The notes beneath the pieces are model-generated. The model saw only the letters and a list, made by a program, of their open reading frames with translations, ran no database searches and was not told where the DNA came from. From the NCBI RefSeq assembly GCF_009914755.1, contig NC_060927.1: a stretch of 64,000 nucleotides of DNA; one strand, written 5' to 3'. The translations under genes and the position numbers were made by a program. The stretch is from the human T2T-CHM13v2.0 reference genome, Homo sapiens. How positions within the stretch are numbered: position 1 is the stretch's first letter; every line of letters starts with the position of its first letter. Below, in pieces: positions 16,912 through 31,964 of the stretch.

Positions 16912-17350
16912 GTGTATCAATTAGGATTCGAGTTGGCTGTATGTGATAGAAAACACTAGCTAACAATGGCTTCCATGAAATAGACGTGAGGTCCAGAGGT
17001 GGGCAGTCCTCGCTGATATGGCAGCCCCATGATCATCAGGGACCTCAAGTCTGTCCCGATGGCTGCTTCACTTTCCTAATTGTGTGGCTTTTCCTTATGG
17101 TCCCAAGATGGCTGCTTAAGCACTACTCATCATATCCACAATCCAGCCAGCTAGAAGAATGAAAGGCCAAAGAAAAGTACACACCTTTATTTTAAGGCTG
17201 TTTTCTGGAAGTTGCAAACAACACTTGCATTTACATTCCATTGGAATTTAGTCACATGGTCACACCCAGCTACAAAGGAGTCTGGGAAATGTAGTTTCTA
17301 TTCCAGGCAGCTGTATACTCAGCTGAGAAGCAGAGTTCTAGTCTTAGACA
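16912..17350. mobile_element. MLT1/ERVL-MaLR LTR fragment
   Basis: 'ggtcccaagatggctgc', 'tagtcacatggtcacacccagctacaaaggagtctgggaaatgtag' motifs. Confidence 0.6.
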
Positions 17351-17797
17351 TGAGAGGAGACTATTAGCAGCTTCCACCACAGTGAAAAACAAGGAAAGGT
17401 CAAGGATGAGTCCTCTGATCCTGAATGGGCCAGGTACAGGATGGTGGTGCTCACCAAGAAATGGAAGAAAACATAACCACTGCTATTAATTGAGCACCTC
17501 ATGTATGCCAGACACTGTACTAGGTGCTTTATCTAAAACCAACGTTGCTGAGCTTTATTTAGGTAAATAATTGCATTGCCCTTGAGGAAGTTTGGAGTAT
17601 TTCTAATTTGGAATCAGATCCAGGTTGCCTCTTCTTTCATGCTTCCCATGTTGGGGAGCTTACTGTCTTTCTCAAGGTAACTTGTTGCATTGTTGGATAA
17701 CATCTTTTTTAGAAAGTTCTGCCTTACTTCGAGCTGAAAGCTGCACTCTTGGGTGGGAATGGAGTGTAGTAGTTCAGGGTGCATGTTCTTCAGTTGG

Positions 17798-18320
17798 ATC
17801 AGTGGTTCTATCCCCCAGGGGATACCTGGCAGTGTCTGGTAACATTTTGGGTTGTCATGACTGGGGGCTTGCAGCTACTGGCATCAAGTGAGTGGAGGCT
17901 AGGGATAATGGTAAATGTCATCACCCAGTACACACGACAGCTCCCCACAATGAAGAGTCATGCAGCCCAAATGTCAATGGTAGGACCAAGGTTAAGAAAC
18001 CCTGAGTTAGGGCCAGGTGTGGTGGCTAATGCCTGTAATCCCAGCACTTTGGGAGACCAAGGCAGGCAGATCACTTGAGGCCTGGAGTTTCAGACCACCC
18101 TGGCCAACATAGCAAAACCCCGTCTCTACTAAAAATACAAAAATTAGCCGGGTATGGTGCTGCACACCTGTAGTCCCAGGCACTCAGGAGGCCGAGGCAG
18201 GGGAATCACTTGAACCCGGGAGGCAGAGGTTGCAGGGAGCTGAGATCATGCCACTGCACTCCAGCCTAGGTGACTGAACGAGACTTCATCTAAAAAAAAA
18301 AATAGAGAAACCCTGAGTTA
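17798..18320 (+). mobile_element. MER20 DNA transposon followed by an Alu (18011-18303)
   Basis: 'cagtggttct...cattttgggttgtcatgactgggg...ggttaagaaaccctg'; Alu TSD agaaaccctgagttag. Confidence 0.8.
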
Positions 18321-18832
18321 GATAGACCTACGTTCAAATCTTAACTTAGCAACCACTTCCCAGCTGCGTGACCTTGAGTAAGATGCTTCACCTCCTGAGC
18401 TTGAGCTAACCATTTCCTCCTCTCCGCCCAGATATGCCTCTTGGGCTTGCGGGCATTTAGTAACTGATGTGTGAGAAGCTTGGCTCCTTACTGTTTCAGC
18501 TGCCCCCATTGGTGTCGCAGGATGTGCAAGGAGCGCTGACTGGGTTGTTTGCTGGCACATGGGCCTGATGGGATTAGACTGTAATCACTCTAGTAAAAGC
18601 CCCTCCCCACCTAATGGTTTCAGAATGGAGTCATTGCCTTAATTCAAAAATGATGGTTTGCTTGTGCACTCTTAGAGAAGATGGGTCCATTTCTGCTTTT
18701 TACCAAGTAATCGCAGAGCTTTCCCACTTCCCTGTCTCAATTGATCCTCCCAATGGTCCAGGCAGGAGGGCTTACTAGTCTCCCTACTTTAAAGGTGAGT
18801 AAACTGGCACCCCGAACTGTTTACTCAAGGTG

Positions 18833-19097
18833 CACATGCTCTCACACACACACTCTTAGACACTCACACATACACACTCACACTCACTCATACATACTCA
18901 TACACACACACTCATGTACTCAAAAACCACACACACACTTACACACACATATACACACATACACTCACACTCATACACACACTCACACATTCACACACAT
19001 ACACACAGACTCTCACACACAATCACACACATTCACACTCACACACACAAACACACATGCACATACACATTCACTCACACATTCACACACACTCATA
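18833..19097. repeat. Degenerate (CA)n low-complexity tract
   Basis: About 260 bp of CA/CACT repeats. Confidence 0.95.
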
Positions 19098-19707
19098 CAG
19101 CCCAGCAAGCAGCGGAGCAAGGGTGAGGACTCAGCTCCTGCCTCTAGAGCTCTCCCTAGGCTGCTACTCTGAGGACACAGAGCTAGGGAGAACCTACAGG
19201 TGACTGCCTTCCTTGCAGACAAGCCCTCATCTCACATGGCTCCTTTAGCTTTTATTCTCTCTGCCCAGAGCACACCCTCTGTCCAGCACTGTTTCCATAG
19301 GCATGGCTTTATCCTCAGAGAGGGCACCTCAGACCCAGCGGGATCTCCTGAGTGGCGTGTAGTGACATGGGATCCATGTCCCCAAATATCTCCCACACTC
19401 TTGGCCATAGTATCTGACTTTTCTTTGGAATTTATGCAAGGAAAACCTCAGGGACCAGATTTTTCAAAATACAGGTCCCGAAGGGAGGGAAAAGCACCTT
19501 ACATTAGTCATCTCACTGACGAGAACTATCCATTCAAGCTATTTTTTTATTCATTTCACAGTACATTGCAGACATTGTTAGATTTCACCCCTAAATGTTT
19601 AAAATGCTACAGTAATTTTTAGTTCAGTGATGACAATTCAATCATAACTTTTCTTTCTTTAAACAAAAAGGAAAAATGCAGATTTTTTTAAATAAAAACA
19701 AATCATG

Positions 19708-19918
19708 GCTGGGCACGGTGACTCACCCACCTGTAATCCCAGCACTTTGGGAGGCTTAGGAGGGCAGATGGCTTGAGCCCAGGAGTTTGAGACCAGTCTG
19801 GGCAATACAGTGAGACCCTCTCTCTACAGAAAATACAAAAAATTACCCAGGCATGGTGGTGCGTGCCTGTGGTCCCTCCCAGCTACTCAGGAGGCTGAGG
19901 TGGGAGGATTGCTTGAAT
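19708..19918 (+). mobile_element. 3'-truncated AluJ-like element
   Basis: Left arm plus partial right arm. Confidence 0.8.
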
Positions 19919-19990
19919 CATTTTCTGTCAAATATAATTGTTAGATGATAAATAGTATATACATAATTTTTAAAAAATGTTTTCTCTGAT

Positions 19991-20202
19991 GGGCACAGTG
20001 GCTCATGCCTATAATCCTAGTACTTTGGGAGGCTGAGGCAGGTGGATCACTGAGGTCAGGAGTTCGAGACCAGCCTAACCAATATGGTGAAACACCATCT
20101 CTACTAAAAATACAAAATTGGCCAGGTGTGGTGGTGCATGCCTGTAATCCCAGCTACTTGGGAGGCCGAGGCAGGAGAATTGCTTGAACCCAGGAGACAG
20201 AG
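19991..20202 (+). mobile_element. 5' part of an AluS split by the provirus
   Basis: Ends at ...gaacccaggagacagag; the Alu resumes at 28104 with ggaggctgcagtgagc. Confidence 0.92.
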
Positions 20203-20636
20203 TGTTAGAAACAAGTGCCTGGTGCCGCAAAGAAAAACAGCACGTAGGCAGAAAATTCCTCAGCAAGGCAAATTTCCTTCTGCAGGAGGATGCAGCTTGC
20301 ACCAGTCACGATCGCAAGAGCACACTGAGCAGGGTAGGGCAGGGGTTTTTATCCCTAATGCAGTTCCTAGCACTTCTGTGTCCTTTCCTCATTGGCTAAG
20401 GTTGGCCCTCCCAATCTAAGCTAATTCGATTGGCTAAGGTTTAAAATTGAATAGGGTCTATTAGGCGGGAAGGAAGAGGGACTGTCCCTTACTAGGTGGG
20501 AAGGCATATCTGGCAAAGGCGGGAAGGTTGTTTACCGAACAGGTAGCTAGGAGACAAGGAAGTATAAGGAAGTTGGTCTAAGAAACAAAGAACAGGGAAC
20601 TAAAGCTTTTCGAAGAAGAATTTATCATCTCTGACA
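20203..20636 (-). repeat. Proviral 3' LTR (434 bp)
   Basis: tgttagaaac...tctctgaca; preceded on the - strand by the polypurine tract aaaatcaagagggggaaat. Confidence 0.95.
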
Positions 20637-21977
20637 ATTTCCCCCTCTTGATTTTATAGTTTTTCCTCTTCAAAATGCCTTAGCATATCTAGGCTCTGTT
20701 GTTGTTCTTGGGTGTCAAGAAGGAAGAGTTTATCTGAATAAGGTGGGGGGGAACTAAGGGAGGTTTTGGTGAGCGCTGTTTCTATAAGTCTTTGCACTAA
20801 ACCACAAATACAGGGTATGATACAGCATCCTACAAGAATGAGCACACCTATAACGATTATAAGGGAGGTGAATATTGAGGTCATAATTCCTTTCCATTTC
20901 CCGAACCATTTCTCCATGAGGGTTGTAAAGGGGTCATCTATTCTAGAATTTTTAGCTAACTCATTTATTTGATAAGGAGGTAAGGCCTTGTAAGGCTTTT
21001 GTTATTGTTCCATCGGGGGCGGTGTTATTAGGAATAAAAGTACAACATTGGACTCCAATCGTGACACAAACTCCGCCTTTTTCAGCTAATATCACGTCAA
21101 GGGCTATTCTGTTTTTCCCAGGCTATTTGGCTGGTAAGGCCTAATTGTTCAACTGTTCCTTTAATTGCATCTCTAGTAAAATTAACAAAGTGTTGTTGAT
21201 TATAATAGATATAATTTATTCAAGCTACATTCTTGTTTACAGTTGACCACCAGAACAATATAAATTTGAAGCCTGCAGCTGTTTGATTTTGGGCTTTGAA
21301 TTCATCTGGTACCCCTCATGGTACTCCGATAGCATCTATATAAACATGAGGATCAAAGGATCCATGAGGGACGTGTCTCTTTTTACAATATTCTGTCTTC
21401 AGCTTTCTTGGTCGATGAAATGCCAAGGTGAGAGGGATAGCCAACTGAATTACAGCACAAGTGCTGCTCCAGGTACTTGGCAGAGTACCCAGCGATAGTC
21501 CCCCACAATATCACCACACATCTGCTCCGGAATGAACAAGGGCATACTGATTGGTAAGCTCTTGAAAAGGCTTGGTTTCACTGCACCCTGTTAGGTCTCC
21601 AAGGAATGCTAACTTCTCCCCCTGCCATGAAAGGCAAGAGGTGAAGTTAACATCAGGGGCTGCAGGCTGGATGGCCCTCAAGGGCTGACCCGCAGGGCTT
21701 TTGACTTCAGGGAACAGCAGTGGAAGAATCTTGCATGACTCATTACACCAGGCTGTGGGGTTCTGGAAGAGAGCTATCACACAGCTCATGCCTCGTTGGT
21801 CAGATGACCATCCAAGTGGGAAGGGGACAATTTGGGTTTCTGGCCTACCTGTCGCACAAGCCTAACAGTCGCTTTTATTTAGCTTGCGGATGGAATATTT
21901 AATCCCTTCCAACCAGGCATTTGGATCTTGATATCCTGTTTCAATAGCTAGAGTTTGCTTTAAATCTTTAACTTCTA

Positions 21978-22468
<491 letters not shown>

Positions 22469-22925
22469 TCAAGGAAGGGTAAGAACCTTGGGAAGCTGGG
22501 ATAGTAATGGAAATTTGTACAGGATTACACTGGTTATATTGGCAATTGGGAGGAGTACTCCCTTTAGTGAAACAAATGTATGGTTTCAGGAATATACAAC
22601 TATTCGTTGTGGCAGTCCATCCCTGGTTTTTGGTTGTCAATAGAACATTGGACCAACTGTGGCAGAGATGCTGAGGCTCTGCTTTAGGAGGACAAGTTTC
22701 CCAATTAACGGAATCTCCGTTAAAATCTTCCCAGACTAATTGATCCCGGTTAACAGATTTCCAGTCTGAGGAGAGCCAGGAAGGACAAAGATACTTTTCT
22801 GAAGTAAAGTTGTCTTTGACCCTGCAGATCTCCACAGGGTATAACAAGACAAGCATCGAAAGTGATAGTTTGAGGTGAGTTAGACTTAGTAACATTAATA
22901 ATAAGATGTGGGGTAGCTGGGGTAA

Positions 22926-23285
<360 letters not shown>

Positions 23286-23299
23286 GCTTTTCTCTTTAA

Positions 23300-25880
23300 C
23301 GTTACATTTTCGGGGGTAGGTACTTTGGAGAGGGGTACCCGGGTATGATGCGTCCATCCTCTCTCAACGGTCCGGACTGCTGTCTCAGTTGTGAGGAGCA
23401 CTAGGTATGGTCCTTCCCAAGTGGGTTCGAGCTTTCCCTCTTTCCAACTTCTGATAAGGATGTGATCTCCAGGCTGGTGTTGATGAACTGGTAATTCAAT
23501 GGGTGGAGTTTGTGCTAGGAGGCCTTGAGTCCTGAGGGAGGAAAGGGTAGAAGATAGACCTAACACATAGTTTCTAAGAAACTGATCTTTTGTTTCGAAT
23601 GTGGGAAGATCAGTAGTAGAATGTAGATAAGGCAATCTAAAAAGCATCTCATAAGGGGGTAGACCTATGTTTTTTCAGGGAGCAGTTCGGACTCTCAACA
23701 GGGCAATAGGCCTTTCGACTCTCCCTGATGAGGGTGGATGCACGGCATGTGGTACTCCCATTTTCTTTAGGTTGTTTGTTGGTTTTTCTGCGCACTCTGA
23801 AACGATCTGCAACTTGTCTAGCAAGGGTATAAATTCCTACGCATCCATAAACTCTGAGGACTGCATCACACATAGCTTGGGGGCCCCAGTGAGTTCCTTG
23901 ATGTAGCTGTGACAATACCTCTTGCATGAAGGGCTTAGACAGCATTTCCTTCTTGTCTGGTTGTACCCATCTTCCCTCGTGACTTTCTTTGGCTCCTATT
24001 TCTTTTAACTTTTCTTTTTCTCTGGGGGAGAAAACAGGGACTGTAGCTGGAGGGGGAAGATAAGGGGTTAGGTGGAAAATGGGTGCTGCTTGAGAAGAGG
24101 CAACATGTTTAGCCACTTGGTCAGCTAGATTATTCCCTCAGCTCTCAAAGGAAAGATTCTTCTAGTGACCTGGAACATGAACAACTGCTGTCTCTTCTGG
24201 CGGCTGTAAGTTCTCTAGTACTTGGATTATCAAGTCTCTATGGACTAAGTTTTGGCCTTTACTGTTAATAAGGCCTCGCTCTGCCCAAATTTTCCCAAAG
24301 GCGTGGACTACTCCAAAGGCATACGTGGAGTCAGTATAAATAGTTCCTTCCTGGTTTTGCAGAAATTTTAAGGCTTGATTTAGTGTAAACAACTCACATG
24401 TTTGCTCAGACCAGTCATTAGGTAGGGTGTCTCCGTCTACTGCTGAGTACCTGTTATGCCTTTTCCCTTTTATTACTTGAGAAGAACCATCTACAAAAAG
24501 GTGTCTTCCGGTTTGAAAGGGAGTTTATCTAAACATCTATGCCCAAGTTCTTCTGGTCTGGGGCATGGGTTTTTTTCTGCGTTTGAATTTCCTGTTAAGA
24601 AGGCAGCAGGGTTAAGTGAATCATCTGTAGTTCGGATTAAATCATCTTTTTCTAACAAGATAGCCTTGTATTTTAAAATTCTTGAGTCAGTAAGCAACCT
24701 TTCTGCCTTCTGATTTAGGATAGTTCTGTTCTGGTGAGGTGTGCTCACAATGGGGTTTCCTCCAAAAGTTATTTTTCTACTTTCTTCTGTTAGCAAAGTA
24801 GTTGCCGCTACAGATTGAATGCATTTGGACCATCCATGGGTTACTGGGTTAAGAATTTTTGACAGGAAGCCTACGGGTTGGGAGTGGCCTCCGTGCTTTT
24901 GGGTAAGTACTCCCAAGGCTACGCCCTTGTTTACATTGACGAAAAGATGGAATGGCTGCTTAGGGAGGGTAAAGCTAGGACAGGGGCAGTTACTAATAGA
25001 TGTTTTAACCTTTCTACCTTTTGGATTTCTGGTAATTGCCAAATGATGGGGTCTGGCTCGTCTTGTGTGAGCTTTTTGTATGAGAGTTCTGTTTCTAGGG
25101 CATAAGAGTCTATCCATAGACGGCAGTATCTGACTAATCCTCCTTCAATCCATTCAAGCCCAATTTTCCATTTGCCTTTGTAATTAAATGCCCTAAATAT
25201 TTTACTTCAGGTTCTACAAATTGGAGTTTGTTTTTCGAGGCCGTTAACCCTTCATCCCACAGAAAATGTAAGACATGGGTTGAGAAAGCTGCTACTTCTT
25301 TTCTATCATCTCCTGAAATTAGAAGATCATCCATGTACTGGAGGGGACATATGCACGAGGGCAGGGAAAATTTCTCTAGGACTTGTTCTAATATTTGACT
25401 AAGTAAATATGGAGACTCCGTAAACCCCCGGGGTAAGACTGTCCATCAGTATTGCTGTTTTCAACCGGAGTGAGGGTCTTTCCACTCAAAGGCAAGTAGG
25501 TCCTGGCTGCCCTCTGCTAATGGACAAGCCCAGAAGGCATCATTTAAATCCATTACTGTACTATCTGATTAATAGCTCTAAGGTCTTGCACTAACCAGTA
25601 TGACCTGTCTGGCTTCTTTAAAGGCAGTATTGGAGTGTTACAGGGAGACATACAGGATTTAAGAAGCCCATCATGGAGAAGACCTTCAATTACAGGTTTT
25701 AAATTTACCCTGGCTTCTAAAGGAATAGGGTATTGCTTTCTCTTTACTACTTCCCCAGGGGTTTTAAATTTAACATGAATCAGAGAAATCTGTAACTTTC
25801 CTTGATCCCATCTTTTGACCATACCTCGGGATAAATGTGTTCTTCGTCTGCGGTGGTGAGCAAGATTAGGGAGGGGAGGG
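23300..25880 (-). pseudogene. ERV pol remnant (RT, RNase H, truncated integrase)
   Basis: QYPIP...SPCNTPILP...LVQDLRAIN; QYMDDLL; IYTDS...VHVPGH; HQGTHWG; KLEPTWEGPYLVLLTT; many stops and frameshifts. Confidence 0.92.
25641..25695 (+). other. HRH1: Probable HRH1 alternative non-coding first exon (5' end approximate)
   Basis: Weak donor CAG|GTTTTA at 25695/25696; sequence matches my recollection of the 5' end of an HRH1 mRNA (not verified by alignment). Confidence 0.6.
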
Positions 25881-26233
25881 GAGGAATTTTCCGTGATTGA
25901 TTTGGAGGCCTAAGCCTAATTTTAGTATTAAATCACTTCCTAATAGATTTGTCCCTGCTTCTGGAATTAACAGAAATTTGCTGCTAGCTGATCAGTTTTC
26001 ATATTTCACTTTTGTCTCCTCTAAGATTTTTGCTCTAAATCCTTCTCCTTTTACTCCAGAGATAAAAAGTTTTTCTTGTGAACAAGTTACACTAGATGGA
26101 AGATAACAGACTGAGGAGTGAGCTGCTTCTGACTCGATTAAAAAGGTAATAAGCTTAGGTTTAGGTCCCACTTCTAAATTTACCAAGGGCTGTTGGTGGG
26201 ACTCAAGAGACAAAGATGGAGCCCCTGACCTCC
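25880..26233 (-). pseudogene. ERV protease remnant
   Basis: PLVNLEVG...ITFLIESEAAHS (degenerate LIDSGA active site)...LLIPEAGTNLLG-like segment. Confidence 0.8.
26060..26145 (+). other. HRH1: Probable HRH1 non-coding 5'UTR exon (86 nt)
   Basis: Acceptor ccttctccttttactccag| and donor AAG|GTAATA; intron to the coding-exon acceptor is 5784 nt, matching the ~5.8 kb 5'UTR intron I recall for HRH1. Confidence 0.8.
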
Positions 26234-27071
26234 CTAGTCTTCTTCAAAAGCTGTAAGTGGGATGACTTTTTCTTCTTTTTCCCATTTGGGACATTGTCTT
26301 TCAAAATGACCTATTTTTCCACATTTGAAACATTTGTTCTGTGATTTCTTAGTAATATCTCGCCAGCTATTGGTGACAAAGTGGAGCTTTAACATTCCTT
26401 GTCCGAGGGGGTCTTCTGATTCTAGGCCAGCGTATTTTTCTCATTTGCTCTTTAAGCCTTTCTAAAAATTCTGTCGGTCCCTCATCTTTTCCCTGTTTTA
26501 TATTAAAGGCCTTGGTAAGATTTTGGGTGCGGGGCACTAATTCTCAAATTCCTTTTATTACCATCTCCCTAAGGTCTCTCATATTTCCTTGATGGGCTAT
26601 ATTGTTGTTATCTCATTGAGGATCCTGGGCTGGGAATTATGTTCAGCCGCTGGAACGTTCTGACCGGGAGGATGTTCACGTTCCCGAATGGTCATAGCAG
26701 CCCTTTGTATCATGCTCCTTTCTTCTCCTGAGAATAAGATGTCTAAGATAGACATTAACTCGTCTAAAGTATATATCTGGGGTCCTAAAACTGATCGATC
26801 TGATCTGCCACTCCATAAGGGTCATCTAAGAGTGGTTTAAGCTCCTTTTTTAGGTTTAGGGGAAGGGTCTGTGGTGGCAGCTGCTTGGGGGAGAGGAAGG
26901 TTCTTCAGTCCAAACAAAACAGCAGTTTTTTATCATTTGCTGCTTTTTCTTGTGTTTGGTCCTTCCATTATCCTTCCAATATTCTAACGTTAGGCCTAGG
27001 GGACTATCAGAGGGTATATTATCATGATCATGATATTTCCTATCTTTTGTCTTACTTGCTGTATTTCCCAT
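26234..27071 (-). pseudogene. ERV gag remnant (internally deleted)
   Basis: MGNTASK myristoylation-type start; CCHC knuckle CFKCGKIGHFERQC at about 26292-26333; TAG stop at 26234-26236. Confidence 0.88.
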
Positions 27072-27629
27072 CCTGGAGAAAGAGTTTTTCCCTGAGTCCA
27101 TGGGGCTCAATCTCTCTTACTAGAGATTTCTTGCACCCTAGTGAGTCTGTGGGGCTCAACCTCTCCTACTAGAGATTTTTCACACTCTTCAGCTTTTGCT
27201 TTATCCTTCTCCATATGCTTCTCTTGCGGAAATTTTCAAGTCCCTCTTAGCATAGGCAGGTTGGTATAAACCCCACAACAGGCAAGCTGCCTTTAAGCCA
27301 TATGAGGTGACTACAGAACCAGATCCGGACTCTGCACTTGCTCTGCACTCAATTGTGTGTCTTACTCACACACTTTCAACCTCCAGGATGTCCTGACCAC
27401 CAAGGAAATACTTCACTGCCCCCAAGGTTTTTCTTACCTTGGTCTATGCACAGAGTTACCTGGTCGCCACAGTATCTGTCTGCCTTTTCTTCCCTCATTG
27501 CTAGAGTCCAGGTTTATTCATCACACCAGGTGGGTCTCGATCCCTTACCCTTGAGGCCACCGCAACAAAGCAGCGGGCTGCGTCTCCTCACGAGAAATGA
27601 TCTGAGACCCTCCCCGGAGGAGAATGGGA

Positions 27630-27647
27630 ATCCCAGATGAACCCCCA
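27630..27647 (-). promoter_or_regulatory. Primer-binding site, tRNA-Pro type
   Basis: TGGGGGTTCATCTGGGAT versus Pro PBS TGGGGGCTCGTCCGGGAT (15/18, two differences at CpGs), 4 nt after the 5' LTR. Confidence 0.85.
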
Positions 27648-27651
27648 AGTT

Positions 27652-28103
27652 TGTTAGAAACAAGTGCCTGGTGCCACAAAGAAAAACAGCACATAGGCAG
27701 AAAATTCCTCAGCAAGGCAAATTTACTTCTGCAGAAGGGTGCAGCTTGTGCTAGTCACAATCGCAAGAGCACACCAAGCAGGGTAGGGCAGGGGTTTTTA
27801 ATCCCTAATGCAGTTCCTAGCACTTCTGTGTCCTTTCCGCATTGGCTGGGGTTGGACTTCACAATCTAAGCTAATTCGATTGGCTAAGATTTAAAATTGA
27901 ATAGGGTCTATTAGGTGGGAAGGAAGAGGAACTATCCGTTACTAGGTGGGAAGGCATATCTGGACTTGTCTGGGCCTGGCGAAGGCAGGAAGGCTGTTTA
28001 CAGAACAGGTAGCTAGGAGACAAGGATGTACAAGGAAGTTGGTCTTAAGAAACAAAGAACAGAGAACTAAACCTTTTTGAAGAGGAATTTATCATCTCTG
28101 ACA
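27652..28103 (-). repeat. Proviral 5' LTR (452 bp)
   Basis: Direct repeat of 20203-20636 with about 18 extra nt; CCAAT boxes on the - strand. Confidence 0.95.
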
Positions 28104-28218
28104 GGAGGCTGCAGTGAGCTGAGATCACGCCATTGCACTCCAGCTTGGGCAATGAGAGTGAAACTCCGTCTCAAATTAAAATTAAAATTAAAAAATAAAA
28201 AATAACGTAAAATAAAAA
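28104..28218 (+). mobile_element. 3' part of the split AluS (Sp/Sq-like)
   Basis: ggaggctgcagtgagc...gggcaatgagagtgaaactcc plus A-rich tail. Confidence 0.9.
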
Positions 28219-28409
28219 ATGGTTTCTCTCCCCTCTATGTGCCAGACAATGAGGAAAAGAGAAAAAGGAGACACCTCTGGAGGCCAGGGAGCTGAGAGCC
28301 ACCTTGAGAATGCCAAGCTGGGGAAGTGTTTAGGGGAACTACTTCCTGCTTCCTTCCGAGCAAAACAGTAAAAAATAAAAATCCCTGAGACAATACTTCC
28401 TTAGCCTTA

Positions 28410-28856
28410 TGAACCCCGAAAATCTGAGATAGGTCTCAGTTAATTTGGAAAGTTTATTTTGCCAAGGTTGAGGACGCACACCCATGACACAGCAACAGGA
28501 GGTCCTGACGATGTGCCCAAAGTGGTCAGAGCACAGTTTGGTTTTATACATTCTAGGGAGACATGAGACATCAATCAATATATGCAAGATGAACATTCCT
28601 TAGGTCTGGGAAAGGCAGGACAACTGGAAGCCGGGAGGAGGCTTCCAGGTCTTAGGAAGATAAGAGACAGATGGTTGCATTCTTTTGAGTTTCTGATTAG
28701 CCTCTCCAAAAGAGGCAATCAGATATGCATTTATCTCAGTGAGCAGAGGTCTGACTTCGAACAGAATGGGAGGCGGGTTTGCCCTAAGCAGTTCCCAACT
28801 TGACTTTTCCCTTTACCTTAAGTGATTTTGGGGCCCCAAGTTATTTTCCTTTCACA
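28410..28856 (-). mobile_element. MER4-group (MER4A-like) solo LTR
   Basis: tgaaccccgaaaatctgagataggtctcagttaattt...ttttcctttcaca; minus ORF MYKTKLCSDH typical of this family. Confidence 0.8.
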
Positions 28857-29445
28857 GCCTACTTTCTTCCTTCCAGAAGTGACTGTGGACAATTCCACAG
28901 GGTTTGGACTTGATCAGGGCAGAAGGTGAAGCTGCAAGGTATTAGATGTGGGAATGGAGAAAAATACAGGCTGGAGCTGTGGGTTTGAGTGTTGTCCTCA
29001 TAGGAGGTGATGGCTGAGGGGTAGGTAAGTGAGAGGATGAGATCCCCGAGGCCGACAGCACAGAGTGACAGGAGCATAGGGCAGGACTTTGGGTCACCCA
29101 AGGAGACAGTGATGCTTTTGAAGAAGTCAGAGGAGGCCCCATCAGCAATCAGAGGATTGCTCTGATTGGCACCTCAGAGCTGGAGGACATCAAAAAATAC
29201 CGCTGTAAGAAAGAGACCTGGAAAAGTCTTTAGAGATTGTCTATCCCACCCTACCCATTTGACACATGAGAAGATGGAGGCCAAGAGATCACTGAGAAAA
29301 TAAATGGTAGAGCTTGGGCAAAATCAGTGCTGCCCAAAATGGTGTTTTTCCAACAAAGACATTTAAAAGGTTCCTTCCACAAGGATCAAACACCTTGGGG
29401 TTTTGATTTTTATCTTAAAAAATTATATAAATTTAGCCTTCTACA

Positions 29446-30903
<1,458 letters not shown>

Positions 30904-31109
30904 TACTAGCAAGGGTCTTGTTACATATTACTTGGCATGATTTATGTAATTTAAAAAAATTGTTTGTTTTTCAAATAGAAAAGTAAAATAACGAATATGC
31001 TTTTCCAATAACATAATCCCCTTCTCACTTGAGAATTTTCCTCTAAAAAGATATGCTAGATTTATTTCATGCTTTATGTGCCTCTGGTGTGTCCCCTTAT
31101 AACCTCCTC

Positions 31110-31660
31110 CATATCATTTAGGGATGGTCTCAGCTGCAAGTAAGAACTGCCACAACAGTGATGTAAGCCAAAAAAAAAAAAAAAAAAAAAAGCAAAGCCA
31201 AGCAAAACAAAGCCCATTTAATTATTTCCCATAATAATAAGTCTGGGAGAAGAAGATTCCAGAGTTGGCTCAGCAGCTTAGTGACAGCAAGGCCCTAGGC
31301 TGGCATTTTCTTGGCCTTCCCGATGGTCCCAAGATGACTCTCATGGCCTCAAACATCACTTCCTCACATCCTGTCAGGGAGAAAGAGGCAAGTGAGCAAC
31401 AACAATTTTTGTTGTTTTGATCATTTGTCAGAGAGGAAGAACGTTCCTAAAAACTCCGCCTCTGCTGTTTGACATCCTCATCCTATTCCTTGGCCATGGT
31501 GGTATCTCATGGTCACTCCTCTATCTGCCACTGTAAAGAGGAACTGGATTGCTATATTCTGCTTAGACACATGAGGATGCAGCCCACCTTCCCAGAACAT
31601 GTGCGGAATTAGATTTCTACAAACACATTTGTCTTGCTTCTGCCCAACTCTCTCACTAGA
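31110..31660. mobile_element. MLT1-type LTR fragment
   Basis: 'tggtcccaagatgactc', 'ctcatggtcactcct...ctgtaaagaggaactgg' motifs. Confidence 0.5.
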
Positions 31661-31909
31661 ATGCACATTCCATAGGGGCAAACATTTTTGTCTATTTTGT
31701 TCACAGCTATATTCTCAACACCTAGAAGAGTGACAGAAATTCAATAAATAGTTGTTAAGTGAGCAAATGAATGCATGAATAAGGAAAAGGGTACATGGCT
31801 ATTGAGTAGGTAACCAGCAGTGTTGATCACCCCCAACAGCATACAACTCCAGTCTGATGAACATCATGCTACTAAGTGGCCACTCATCACCCAAGTCTCT
31901 GACCTTACT

Positions 31910-31929
31910 TTTTCTCTCTTTTCTCCCAG
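31910..31929 (+). promoter_or_regulatory. HRH1: Splice acceptor of the HRH1 coding exon
   Basis: Polypyrimidine tract tttttctctcttttctcccAG| 35 nt upstream of the ATG. Confidence 0.9.
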
Positions 31930-31964
31930 GGAGTGAGCCATAACTGGCGGCTGCTCTTGCGCCA

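Noticed and set aside
18741-19222. His/Thr-rich and Cys/Val-rich ORFs
   Set aside because: Translations of the (CA)n tract.
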